Shown here one piece after another: positions 9,846-18,784 of a stretch of 64,000 bases of DNA. Source of the DNA: an uncultured Verrucomicrobiae bacterium (GTDB taxonomy: Bacteria; Verrucomicrobiota; Verrucomicrobiia; Limisphaerales; Palsa-1400). Every line of letters starts with the position of its first letter. The first letter of the stretch is position 1. The position numbers and the translations under genes were made by a program. The stretch spans positions 320,001 to 384,000 of the forward strand of contig CAVXRD010000004.1 of the NCBI GenBank assembly GCA_963764165.1. The letters run 5' to 3'. Under the pieces are notes generated by a model. That model was given only the letters and a program-made list of their open reading frames with translations, searched no databases and was not told the DNA's origin.

Positions 9846-10532
9846 ATGAGCGCCAACAAAATAGATCGCGACCGCCTCGCTTCGATTCTCGAACGCTTCG
9901 GCGATTCGCTGGATTCATTCGACGCGCTGCGCCCAGACTCCTACGAGCAATCGCTGGCGGCATTTTCGCTGGATGCCTTGGAATCGTTCTACTCAATTTT
10001 GTTTGCCCCGTCGCAAACGCTGGTTCAGGCGGCCGCGCAATGCCCGACCTGGCCGCTCGGGGCGAAGCGGGAGCGCCAGCGCCCATCCACGGCCATCCTC
10101 AGCCAGGTCGGCGAGCGGATGCGGACGAAAGCAGCCCTCAAGCGCATCGCGCCGGTCGGGAAATTCTTGACAGAACTCCGCAGGGAATTGAAGGCCACTC
10201 CACTCGGCGACAATCAATCGATCTTGGACGGCGTCTGCGGCGCGGTCGGGCAGAAATTAATTGCCGACATCCGCGACGGAGCGGAAGTCGATTTGAAGCT
10301 CATCGACAAACTGCAGGCCCAGCGCGTCATCGAGCAAAACGAAAAACGGATCGCGCAGAACGATCAGAAAATCGCCAACGATGGCCGTCGCATCGCCGTG
10401 CTGGAAGCCAAGCTCGCGGATGTGCAGGAGCAGAAAAAGAAAATCGAAGCCGCGCTAGTGCAGGGCAAAACCAAGGGCGGACTTACTGCCGAATCTTTGG
10501 CGCAAATCGAAGAGGCGACAAGACTTCTCTGA
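9846..10532 (+). CDS. putative terminase small subunit (Mu gp27 position)
   Basis: Position before terL; C-terminal KGGLTAESLAQIEEATRLL resembles gp27-like ends. Confidence 0.65.
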   Translation: MSANKIDRDRLASILERFGDSLDSFDALRPDSYEQSLAAFSLDALESFYSILFAPSQTLVQAAAQCPTWPLGAKRERQRPSTAILSQVGERMRTKAALKRIAPVGKFLTELRRELKATPLGDNQSILDGVCGAVGQKLIADIRDGAEVDLKLIDKLQAQRVIEQNEKRIAQNDQKIANDGRRIAVLEAKLADVQEQKKKIEAALVQGKTKGGLTAESLAQIEEATRLL

Positions 10533-10534
10533 TC

Positions 10535-11887
10535 ATGGGCAAAGCCAAATGCATACCGAAGCGCGACACGCTGCTTCTCGAATACCAGGCCAAATGGGTC
10601 AAAGACCCGTCGCGCCTCAAGCTCGCCGAAAAATCGCGCCAGATTGGATGGACATGGGCCACCGCCTATCGCATCGCCTCACGCAAAGCCCTGGCCGACG
10701 CGAAGCTGGATGCCTGGATAAGTTCCCGCGACGATTTGCAGGCGCGTTTGTTCCTCGAAGATTGCAAGAGCTTCGCCTCGCTCCTGCAAATTGCGGCCAA
10801 GGATTTGGGCGAGCGCATCATCGATGAAAAGGGGAACACCGGCTACGTGATGCAATTTGCCAACGGACTGCGGGCGCACAGCATGTCCAGCAATCCTGAC
10901 GCGCAAGCGGGCAAGCGCGGCGACCGCGTGCTCGATGAATTTGCGCTGCATCCCGATCCGCGCAAGCTCTACAGCATCGCGCTTCCAGGCATCACATGGG
11001 GCGGGCAGATGGAAATTTTCTCAACGCATCGCGGCAGCGCAAATTACTTCAACGACCTTGTCACCGAGATCAAGCACAAGGGAAACCCCAAGCGTTTCAG
11101 CCTGCACACGGTGACGCTCCAGAACGCGCTTGAGCAGGGATTCCTTTGCAAGCTGCAATCCAAATTGCCGCCCGATGACGAGCGCCAGGAGATGGATGAA
11201 GCCGCGTATTTCGATTACACGCGAGCCACTTGCGCAGACGAAGAATCCTTCCTGCAGGAATTTTGCTGCCAGCCCGCCGACGACAACGCCGCGTTCCTCA
11301 CCTACGACATGATTTGCGGTTGCGAATACAAGCCGGGCGAAGCATGGGAGACGGAACTGAAATTGGCTGGCGAGCTTTTCGTCGGCGTCGACATCGGGCG
11401 CACAAAAGACCTCACGGCCATTTGGGTTCTGGAAAAAATGGCGGACATGCGTTTCACGCGCCGCCTCATCGTGCTGGAGAAAACGCCGTTCAGTGCCCAA
11501 GAGACCGCGCTCTACGAAATCCTCGATCTGCCAAACGTGCGCCGTTGCTGCATTGACCAGACCGGCATCGGTCGGCAGTTCGCCGAGCGGGCGCAAGAGA
11601 AGTTTGGCAAATACAAAGTCGAAGGCATCAGCTTCACCGGCACTGTCAAAGAGGAACTCGCCTATCCTGTCCGCGCCTCGTTCGAGGACAAAACCATTCG
11701 CGTTCCAAGCGATGGAAAAATCCGTTCCGATCTCCGCGCCATCGGCAAGGAAACAACTGCGAGCGGCAATGTCCGCTTCACCGCTGAACGCACCAAGGAT
11801 GGCCACGCCGACAGATTTTGGGCGCTCGCGCTCGCGATCCATGCGGGCAAAGCGCCAGCCTCGCAATTCGGGGCGGTGGTGATATGA
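10535..11887 (+). CDS. terL: terminase large subunit (Mu gp28-like)
   Basis: LLEYQAKW, EKSRQIGWTW, VLDEFALH, FSTHRG, VGVDIGR, IDQTGIG, GHADRFWALALA. Confidence 0.93.
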   Translation: MGKAKCIPKRDTLLLEYQAKWVKDPSRLKLAEKSRQIGWTWATAYRIASRKALADAKLDAWISSRDDLQARLFLEDCKSFASLLQIAAKDLGERIIDEKGNTGYVMQFANGLRAHSMSSNPDAQAGKRGDRVLDEFALHPDPRKLYSIALPGITWGGQMEIFSTHRGSANYFNDLVTEIKHKGNPKRFSLHTVTLQNALEQGFLCKLQSKLPPDDERQEMDEAAYFDYTRATCADEESFLQEFCCQPADDNAAFLTYDMICGCEYKPGEAWETELKLAGELFVGVDIGRTKDLTAIWVLEKMADMRFTRRLIVLEKTPFSAQETALYEILDLPNVRRCCIDQTGIGRQFAERAQEKFGKYKVEGISFTGTVKEELAYPVRASFEDKTIRVPSDGKIRSDLRAIGKETTASGNVRFTAERTKDGHADRFWALALAIHAGKAPASQFGAVVI

Positions 11888-12042
11888 CACTCCTTCCCCA
11901 TTCCATTTGCAATTTCCCGGCAGGCCGCCCATCTGCCGGGGGACGAGAATACGGTCAGGGTGCGGACCGCCATCCGGCGAACCGGATGGGTTATCATACA
12001 TCGCCCGGCCCGGTGTCGCATTCCGGCCGGAATCTCTTCAAG

Positions 12043-12068
12043 GTAGGGACGCCTCGCCGAGGCGTCCG
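12043..12068 (+). repeat. GTAG-type REP hairpin
   Basis: GTAGGGACGCCTCGCCGAGGCGTCCG, identical to 17481-17506. Confidence 0.9.
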
Positions 12069-12308
12069 AGGACTTCGCAAACCCGCAAGCTCAGAAATTG
12101 AAGAACGCTCTAAAATGCCCCAGGACGTTTTAGCGCCTCTCTCCACCTTGGTGCACGAAGAAAGGCCATTGAATCGGGCAGCCAGGCCATTGAGCGTGCC
12201 ACAGGAATCTTTGGGGGCCTCGTCAAAATTGGCTATTTTTGACCACTTCTGGAAGGGGTCAGGATTCGCCACTATCCAACGGGTTGTATCAGGGAGGCTC
12301 GGATCGCG

Positions 12309-14720
12309 ATGAAATGGCCTTGGTCAAAATCCGAATCCTCGACGGCATTGGTTAAGCAGGAAGCGCTCTCTGCGCCTGCCACCTTAACCTTTGAGGACTT
12401 CGCGCTAGGCAACGCGGCCCGCGCTGCATTGGACGATACCCGCTTCGGCAAGACCATCATTGCCGAGGTCAACGGCCAGCGGTGCGAGTTGAAGGTTATT
12501 CAGCGTGATTCGTCGTCGGTGAGCCAGGGCGTGCCCGCCTTCTGGTTTGCCCGCGCATTGGAACCCGGCCAGATGGCCAGCATGTGGCAGCCGTTCCGCG
12601 AATCCGTTTGGGTCCAGCGAGCGATCAAGATCATCAGCGGCCCGGTCGGCAGCGTCCCCCCTGATTTTTATCCGCGCAACGTCCAGGTAGGGACGTCTCG
12701 CCGAGACGTCCGCTCGCGGAGCGTGATTAAATCCTACCGCTCGTCATCTGGCCTTGCCGTCAAACGCTCCGCCGATGCCGCCATCGAAGTCCCGCAACTC
12801 TCCGATTTCCTGCGCGAGCCCGTGCGCGGCCTCAGCTACGCCGATTTCGTCGAAGCAACCATCGGCTGGCTCAAAATGGAGGAATGCTTCTGGCTGCTGT
12901 CCGATTCCACCTTGGTCCCGTTTCCCCAGGCCAAGTCGCGCAAGCCCGATCCCATCATCATTGCGCAACCCTACCGCATGCGCCACATCCTGGGCGACGA
13001 TGGCGAGCTTGCCGGGTGGACGTATCAGGACGTGCTTGGCAAGCAGTGGACTCTGCTGCCCGATCAGGTCATCCACATTCGAGGCTGGAATCCCTACCAC
13101 CAATTTCGCGGACTCGGCGAATATCCGTCCGCCCAAATCGCCGCCGAAGGCGATTGGCTGGCCGGAAAATTCTCGCGAAACCTGATGGGCAACAATGGCG
13201 ACACCGGCCCCTTCATCATCGCCAAGAACGGAATCCCCACCGACCCCCAGCGCGATCAAATCATCGCCGCCCTGCGCGAGAAGCGCCACGCCCAATTGCG
13301 CGGCGAATTCAAGCCGATGTTCTTGACAGGCGACATCGAAGTGCAAGACCCAAAAATCGGCAGCGTCGACGCCCCGTTCATTCAGCAGCGCATCGAAGCC
13401 CGCCACGAGATCGCGGCGGCGTTCGGCATCCCCATGTCGATGTTCGATTTGAAAGCCGCGTATTCCATCGGCGCGGACTCGGACATTTTCTGGCTCATCT
13501 GTTTCACCTGCATCCCGACCGGCGCGAAACTCGCGGGCGGACTGGAGAGGCTCGCGAAAAAACTGTTCGGCCTCGATCTCGAAGTGTTGCTCGATTGGGA
13601 TCAGCACCCGGTCATTCAAGCCGCCAGGCGCGCCCGCTTGAAAGACGCGGACGGATTGTTCAGCAAGGGAATGCCCATGCGCCAGATCAGCGACTACCTT
13701 GACTTGTCGCTGCCCGAATACGAAGGCGACGACATCGGTTATTTGCCAATCAATCTCACGCCCGCCGTTCCCACCGAGCCGGACGACACCACGCAAACCC
13801 CGCTCAAGCCCGACGACTTTTCGGAAGTGCCAACCGAGTCAGGAAATCCCGACGCACCCGAGCCAGTCCAGGAAATGTTGTCGGCTTTGCGCGGATGTTC
13901 CCATCCGTCGCATTCTTCCCATGCCTCCCATCGCAGCCCGAAAAACAAGCAACTCTGGGAAAACCACATGCGCCGCCGCAGTGCCGCGACAAAGCTCCTG
14001 CAATCAAAGGCCAGCAAAGTCTTCAACGATTTTCGCGTCAAGGCGCTGAAGAAGCTCGATGCGACCTACGGGCGGAAATCCATTGAAGGCGTCACCTCCC
14101 GCTCCTTGCTCGATGTCATCTTCAGCAAAGACGACTTCGGCTCCGCGCTCACCGAGGCGCTCCGCAATCCGATCCACGCGGCGCTTGAAAGCAGCGTCGC
14201 CGATCTCATGTCCGAAATCGGACGCGCCGACGATCCGTGGAAAATGCCGCCAGCGGACGCGATCAAGTTCATCCGCAGTCGCGAAAACAAAATCAGCGGC
14301 GTCAGCGAGACGGCCTTCAGCCAGTTGAAAACCGCCCTTGAAAGCGCGGTGAAAGCCGGAAAAAACATCGATGAAATCGCCGGTGACATCAAAGGCGTCT
14401 TCAACGGATTGAGCCGCTACGAAGCCCGCAAGATCGCGATGACCGAAGTCTGCGCACTCGACGGTTTCGCCAGGCACGAGGGAATGAAGGGCGCGGGCAT
14501 CGAATTGAAATCGTGGCTGTCAAGTCACGGCCCCAACGTCCGCCCGGCGCACGAAGCCGCCGAGGCGCGTTACGAAGCGCACCCCATTCCGCTCGAAGAC
14601 CCGTTCGTGGTCGGCGGCGAAAACTTGATGTATCCCGGCGATCCCGCAGGCAGCGCCGCGAACGTCATCAACTGCCAATGCATCCAACTCGCCTGCACAA
14701 ACAAAGGAGAACAAGAATGA
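12309..14720 (+). CDS. HK97-type portal protein fused to a Mu-F/gp7-like head morphogenesis domain
   Basis: WVQRAIKII, DQVIHIRGWNPYHQFRGLG, HEIAAAFGIP (portal); C-terminal ARKIAMTE...KSWLSSHGPNVRPAH...FVVGGENLMYPGDP...NVINCQC. Confidence 0.9.
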   Translation: MKWPWSKSESSTALVKQEALSAPATLTFEDFALGNAARAALDDTRFGKTIIAEVNGQRCELKVIQRDSSSVSQGVPAFWFARALEPGQMASMWQPFRESVWVQRAIKIISGPVGSVPPDFYPRNVQVGTSRRDVRSRSVIKSYRSSSGLAVKRSADAAIEVPQLSDFLREPVRGLSYADFVEATIGWLKMEECFWLLSDSTLVPFPQAKSRKPDPIIIAQPYRMRHILGDDGELAGWTYQDVLGKQWTLLPDQVIHIRGWNPYHQFRGLGEYPSAQIAAEGDWLAGKFSRNLMGNNGDTGPFIIAKNGIPTDPQRDQIIAALREKRHAQLRGEFKPMFLTGDIEVQDPKIGSVDAPFIQQRIEARHEIAAAFGIPMSMFDLKAAYSIGADSDIFWLICFTCIPTGAKLAGGLERLAKKLFGLDLEVLLDWDQHPVIQAARRARLKDADGLFSKGMPMRQISDYLDLSLPEYEGDDIGYLPINLTPAVPTEPDDTTQTPLKPDDFSEVPTESGNPDAPEPVQEMLSALRGCSHPSHSSHASHRSPKNKQLWENHMRRRSAATKLLQSKASKVFNDFRVKALKKLDATYGRKSIEGVTSRSLLDVIFSKDDFGSALTEALRNPIHAALESSVADLMSEIGRADDPWKMPPADAIKFIRSRENKISGVSETAFSQLKTALESAVKAGKNIDEIAGDIKGVFNGLSRYEARKIAMTEVCALDGFARHEGMKGAGIELKSWLSSHGPNVRPAHEAAEARYEAHPIPLEDPFVVGGENLMYPGDPAGSAANVINCQCIQLACTNKGEQE
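12687..12712 (+). repeat. GTAG-type REP hairpin inside the portal gene
   Basis: GTAG-GGACGTCTCG-C-CGAGACGTCC-G, read in frame as VGTSRRDVR. Confidence 0.85.
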
Positions 14721-14908
14721 ACGTCACAACCGTCAATAAACATTTGCCGCAAAACCTCCGCGCCCAGCGAGGCAAGCGCGGCCACATCAAAGTCAAAGCG
14801 GCCGGGCTGGAATACCAATTCGACAAATCGAAATTCGGATCATCAGAAGAAATGGCCGCTTACGCCGCCAGCAAAATTCCGCGCTCGCCTGCCGGCATCG
14901 TCAACTGA
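14717..14908 (+). CDS. small basic hypothetical protein
   Basis: ATGA overlap with the portal gene, AGGAG upstream; MNVTTVNKHLPQ... Confidence 0.65.
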   Translation: MNVTTVNKHLPQNLRAQRGKRGHIKVKAAGLEYQFDKSKFGSSEEMAAYAASKIPRSPAGIVN

Positions 14909-14923
14909 AATGGAAAAACTTGA

Positions 14924-14999
14924 ACAGAAGCACACAAAGATCACGAAGCAAAGAAACCGGAACTTCCATTCCCCCTTTGTGTCCTTTGCGACCTTCTGT
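14924..14999. repeat. ACAGAAG...CTTCTGT palindromic repeat
   Basis: Imperfect inverted arms; related copies at 18699, 22705, 2962 (half) and 47821. Confidence 0.85.
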
Positions 15000-15008
15000 G
15001 AATAAATA

Positions 15009-15293
15009 ATGAAACCGCGCCGCACACTTCGTTCGCTTTACATCGAGATCATCAAATCTCGCCTGGCGGATTTCGCCGCCTGGAGGATGGCGCTCTCGCG
15101 CCCCTGGCGGATTGATCTCATCTGGATCGCCATCAAATTTCGTTTCGTCAACGCCCGCCGCCGCCGCGCCGCGCTCGCCCTGGTGAAGCGCAACATGTCC
15201 CCAGACTGGCGCGACAGCTGTCCGAAAAAAACACAACGCAAATTGGGACTCATTCCTCCCATCAACTCCCATCACTCCCATGCCAACTCTTAG
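15009..15293 (+). CDS. small Arg-rich hypothetical protein
   Basis: 94-aa ORF overlapping the protease start. Confidence 0.5.
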   Translation: MKPRRTLRSLYIEIIKSRLADFAAWRMALSRPWRIDLIWIAIKFRFVNARRRRAALALVKRNMSPDWRDSCPKKTQRKLGLIPPINSHHSHANS

Positions 15294-15972
15294 ACGCACC
15301 ATTCATCCAGAAGTCCGCGTCATCGACGCCGCCCGAGGCACGGTGGAATACATCGCCAGCGACGAATCCATTGACAGCTACGGCGAAGTCGTGTGCGCAC
15401 GAGGCGTGGACTTTACACGCATGCAGAAAAATGCCCCGTTTGTTGACAGCCACAATTATTCCAGCATCGATTGCCTGCTCGGCAAAGTGGTTGACTACAA
15501 GGTCGCGAAGAATCAGGTCGTCGAAACCGTGCAATGGGCCATCGACGTGCCGACAAATTTTCTCGCCATCAAAGGATTCCAGATGACGCAAGCCGGTTAT
15601 TTGAAAGCCGTCAGCATCGGTTTCATCCCGACCAAAATCGCCCGCCCCTCCGATCCCAAGGGCGATTGGCAGAGCGCCTGCGAAGACCTCGGCATGGGCG
15701 ATCTCGAAGATTCGATCAACTGCATTTATCAAAAATGGCTGCAGCTTGAACTCTCCTGCTGCTGCATCGGCGCGAACATGAACGCCGTCGCCAAATCCTA
15801 CAAAGCCGGAATCCTCAACGATTCCGAATTGGAAACGCTTTTCACCCTTTCACACAAAAATCAGTCAAGTGAAACCGCACCCGTGACCGACGATCCCGCT
15901 GATGTCGCGAGTGCCAGGCAGCGGGCGCAAGACGAGTTTGTGCTGAAGTTCCAAGTAGCCCTGCTCAAATAA
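15280..15972 (+). CDS. HK97-family prohead protease
   Basis: YIASDESIDSYGEVV, FVDSH, LLGKV, YLKAVSIGF, ELSCCCIGAN. Confidence 0.9.
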   Translation: MPTLRRTIHPEVRVIDAARGTVEYIASDESIDSYGEVVCARGVDFTRMQKNAPFVDSHNYSSIDCLLGKVVDYKVAKNQVVETVQWAIDVPTNFLAIKGFQMTQAGYLKAVSIGFIPTKIARPSDPKGDWQSACEDLGMGDLEDSINCIYQKWLQLELSCCCIGANMNAVAKSYKAGILNDSELETLFTLSHKNQSSETAPVTDDPADVASARQRAQDEFVLKFQVALLK

Positions 15973-15996
15973 AAATCCGAAACAGAAAATCCCAAA

Positions 15997-17478
15997 ATGA
16001 ACTCGATCAAAAAATTCAAACTGAAACATCTGCTCATGTGCTTCGGCGCGGTCTTCGCGCTCCTGGCCGTGTTCGGAATGTTCTTCGCCAATCCCACCGC
16101 GCACATCGCCCCTGGCGGAATGCTCGCCGCCTCCGCTGGCGGACTGGTCCTCGAAAAAGAAGCCGGGGACAAAGTCGTCGAAGGTGTCAAATTCCTCACC
16201 GCCGAAAACGCGAAGTTAAAATCCGACTACCAAAAAGTGCTCGACGATTATTCGCGCACTGACAAGGAAGTGAAGAAAGCCGCCGAAGATATCCAGAAGC
16301 TGATGACGACTTGCAACGATCAGGCACAACTGATCGCGAGCCTGAAAAAGCTCGAAGCGACCGTGCTCCGCAACGCCAAGAGCAGCTTCGGTGATCCCAT
16401 CCAGCGCGCCCTCGGCAACGAGGAAACCCGCGCCTACTTCCACGCCATCGGCAAATCCGTCGCAGCGAAAATGACCAACAGCCGCCTTGATCCCGCCTTC
16501 GAGAAAATCATCGGCGACGGCAACGCCGCCTTCAAATCGCTGACCGGCGTCGATGCCGGACTCGGCCAGGCCACCGTGCCGCAAGCGACGTTCAATGAAA
16601 TCTACGACACGCTGCTGAATTACGGACAGTGGAACACACTCGGCGTCATGCGCGTCGGCATGCGCACCACCGTCATTCCCGTGGCCAGCGCCCGCCCGAT
16701 CTTCTACTGGATCGGCTCCGGCACAGGCGGCACAGGCGAAGGTTCGGCCATCACCGCAGGCGCCTTCACCGGATCGTCTGTCACGCTCGTCATTCAAACG
16801 CTCGCAGCCTACATCACGATTTCGCGCGAGCTGCTCGCGGACTCCACCGTTGATCTCGCGCCGTATGTCATTCGCGAAATGACGCAAGCTTGTTACCAGG
16901 GGCTTGACACGGCCGCCTTCATCGCCAATGGCGCGGCTGACCAGACCAACGCCGGATACATCGGCATCTTCAACGCCGCCAGCGCCAATGTGAACATGGC
17001 CGCCACCACGGCCCAGGGAAACACAACCGTCGCCGGCACCCAGTTGGATGATTGGGAAAATGTTCTCAACACGGTCAACCCCGAAGTGCTCAATCGCGGC
17101 CCCAAATGGTGGATGCATCCGCAGATGCTGGCCAAGGCGATTTTGGTTCGCGACAAAAACGGACGCCCCATCTTCCAAACATGGCTTGAGCGCCCCGACA
17201 CCCGCGCCCTGGGCAATATCCTCGGCTACCCGGTCATCCCGACCAACATCGCGCCGAGCACGGACGGCCCCGGCAACGTCATCGCCGCCTTCGGCGATCC
17301 TCAAGGCCAGGCCATCGGCATCCGCGAGGATTTGGAGATGGCGACCAGCGACGACATCAACTTCGCTCAGAACATGCGGGCCTTCCGCACGCTGCTCCGA
17401 GCAGGCGTGAAAATGAAAACAACCGCAGGCAGCACATCATTGGTGCCATTCGCGGCAATGACCTTGTCGCCTAACTAA
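15997..17478 (+). CDS. HK97-family major capsid protein with a hydrophobic N-terminal extension
   Basis: Coiled-coil delta domain, then ATVPQATFNEI, YITISRELLADSTVDL, WWMHP, RDKNGRPIF, ILGYPV, AFGD. Confidence 0.93.
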   Translation: MNSIKKFKLKHLLMCFGAVFALLAVFGMFFANPTAHIAPGGMLAASAGGLVLEKEAGDKVVEGVKFLTAENAKLKSDYQKVLDDYSRTDKEVKKAAEDIQKLMTTCNDQAQLIASLKKLEATVLRNAKSSFGDPIQRALGNEETRAYFHAIGKSVAAKMTNSRLDPAFEKIIGDGNAAFKSLTGVDAGLGQATVPQATFNEIYDTLLNYGQWNTLGVMRVGMRTTVIPVASARPIFYWIGSGTGGTGEGSAITAGAFTGSSVTLVIQTLAAYITISRELLADSTVDLAPYVIREMTQACYQGLDTAAFIANGAADQTNAGYIGIFNAASANVNMAATTAQGNTTVAGTQLDDWENVLNTVNPEVLNRGPKWWMHPQMLAKAILVRDKNGRPIFQTWLERPDTRALGNILGYPVIPTNIAPSTDGPGNVIAAFGDPQGQAIGIREDLEMATSDDINFAQNMRAFRTLLRAGVKMKTTAGSTSLVPFAAMTLSPN

Positions 17479-17480
17479 AG

Positions 17481-17506
17481 GTAGGGACGCCTCGCCGAGG
17501 CGTCCG
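17481..17506 (+). repeat. GTAG-type REP hairpin just after the capsid stop
   Basis: Identical to 12043-12068. Confidence 0.9.
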
Positions 17507-17541
17507 CACCCAACGCGCACTACCCGAAAGGAAAAATAAAT

Positions 17542-18411
17542 ATGTCAAATACAAATTCACCCGGCAGCCCATTCAAAGAGGAAGCCGGCACCAAGACGCC
17601 CGACTCTGAAAAAGTCGTCACCGTCAAAGTCGTCACGCCCGTATTCCTCGACGGCCAGCAATACGTCAAAGACATCACGACCAAAGTCAGCCTCAAGCAA
17701 TGGCGCGCGTTAAGTCGTCATCTCGAATGGGTTGACGGTCCGAAAGAACACGATCCCGCGAACAAAACATTCGCGGAAAAAGCCGCGAAGCGATTGGACG
17801 CCCGCGAGCAAGCGCTAGCCAAAGCCGCCGCCCTCGCCGTCCTGTTCTTCATGCTGCTGTTCACGCCGGCCGCCAAAGCAGGCCCCGGCACATTCAGCCC
17901 ATTGCCGATCCCTCCCATGATCGTCCTCCTGCCGACTAACGGCCTGGTGACGGCGACCAATGGGATCGTCGGCACTGGCACAAACATGAATCAGGTCTCC
18001 AACACCTGCGTCGGTCTTTCCACCGCGCAGACCAATGTATTCGTGCCTCAGACCAATTCCTTCGGCCAGATCACCAACCTTATCAGCGTCGAGAAATTCG
18101 ATGAAATTTGGCTGGTGCTCAAAGGTCAGCAAGGAACGGCGGTCGGCGGCTCGGGCTTCACGAATATTTGGGAATTCTGGCAGACCGATGGCACGATCAC
18201 CGGTCTCGACAGCAATCACCCCATATTCTCGCTCACGTTCAACGTGCCGAGCACATGCACCAACGGCTGCCTGATCACCAACATCAGCCGGAATTTGCTT
18301 GGCTCGACAGGCTTGATTGTTCCGGGCCGCATCTACGATGCGACCGGGACGAACGCCTGCACAAACCTCAGCTTGACGGCCTACGTCAAACCCATTCGTT
18401 CAGGAAACTGA
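17542..18411 (+). CDS. capsid-adjacent protein with an internal TM/signal segment and a Thr-Asn-rich C-domain
   Basis: AAALAVLFFMLLFTPAAKA near residues 95-113; AAAGGA upstream. Confidence 0.75.
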   Translation: MSNTNSPGSPFKEEAGTKTPDSEKVVTVKVVTPVFLDGQQYVKDITTKVSLKQWRALSRHLEWVDGPKEHDPANKTFAEKAAKRLDAREQALAKAAALAVLFFMLLFTPAAKAGPGTFSPLPIPPMIVLLPTNGLVTATNGIVGTGTNMNQVSNTCVGLSTAQTNVFVPQTNSFGQITNLISVEKFDEIWLVLKGQQGTAVGGSGFTNIWEFWQTDGTITGLDSNHPIFSLTFNVPSTCTNGCLITNISRNLLGSTGLIVPGRIYDATGTNACTNLSLTAYVKPIRSGN

Positions 18412-18426
18412 GCGGACACGCGTGCG

Positions 18427-18470
18427 CCCGGCTGGGGGTTTTCTCCTCACCGCCCAGCCGGGCCAATTTT
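18427..18470 (+). terminator. possible terminator/hairpin after the head genes
   Basis: CCCGGCTGGG...CCCAGCCGGG then CCAATTTT; long loop and weak U tract. Confidence 0.4.
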
Positions 18471-18482
18471 CAAAACTAAATT

Positions 18483-18683
18483 ATGAATGACAACGAAAAT
18501 AGAATGATCAGAAACGGCGAAGCCGTCACGCGCAAGCCCCTAGGTGGCAGCGGCGTCTCGCCGCTGAATCAGAGCAGGGACGGCTCTGCCACTCCACTGC
18601 CACCGGATGGCTACGCGCTCACCAAATGCCCCGATTGCGGCCGCCCGCGTGTCCGTTGCATCTGCGGCAACTCCGAAGACTGA
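18483..18683 (+). CDS. small protein with a Zn-finger-like end and an embedded palindrome
   Basis: CPDCGRPRVRCIC; GTGGCAG...CTGCCAC palindrome at 18544-18592. Confidence 0.5.
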   Translation: MNDNENRMIRNGEAVTRKPLGGSGVSPLNQSRDGSATPLPPDGYALTKCPDCGRPRVRCICGNSED

Positions 18684-18698
18684 AGACTGAAAAATGAA

Positions 18699-18776
18699 AC
18701 AGAAGCTCACAAAGGACGCAAAGATGGGAAAGAGTTTTTTCTCCCGCCTTCCTTTGTGTCCTTTGTGACCTTCTGT
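18699..18776. repeat. ACAGAAG...CTTCTGT palindromic repeat
   Basis: Left arm AACAGAAGCTCACAAAGGACGCAAAG is identical to the copy at 22704. Confidence 0.88.
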
Positions 18777-18784
18777 AAAAAATC

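Noticed and set aside
9842..10534. N-terminal extensions in the ORF track for terL (9842), tailspike (22331), phosphatase (54471) and others
   Set aside because: They overlap real upstream genes in another frame; later starts fit coupling and motifs
11905..12000. HDV-like or hammerhead ribozyme
   Set aside because: No CUGANGA/GAAA core and no proper P3/L3 element could be found
11818..12312. ORF between terL and portal (possible ATG 11884)
   Set aside because: Low-complexity translation built over hairpins and a REP; better explained as non-coding, though ATGA overlaps mean it cannot be fully excluded
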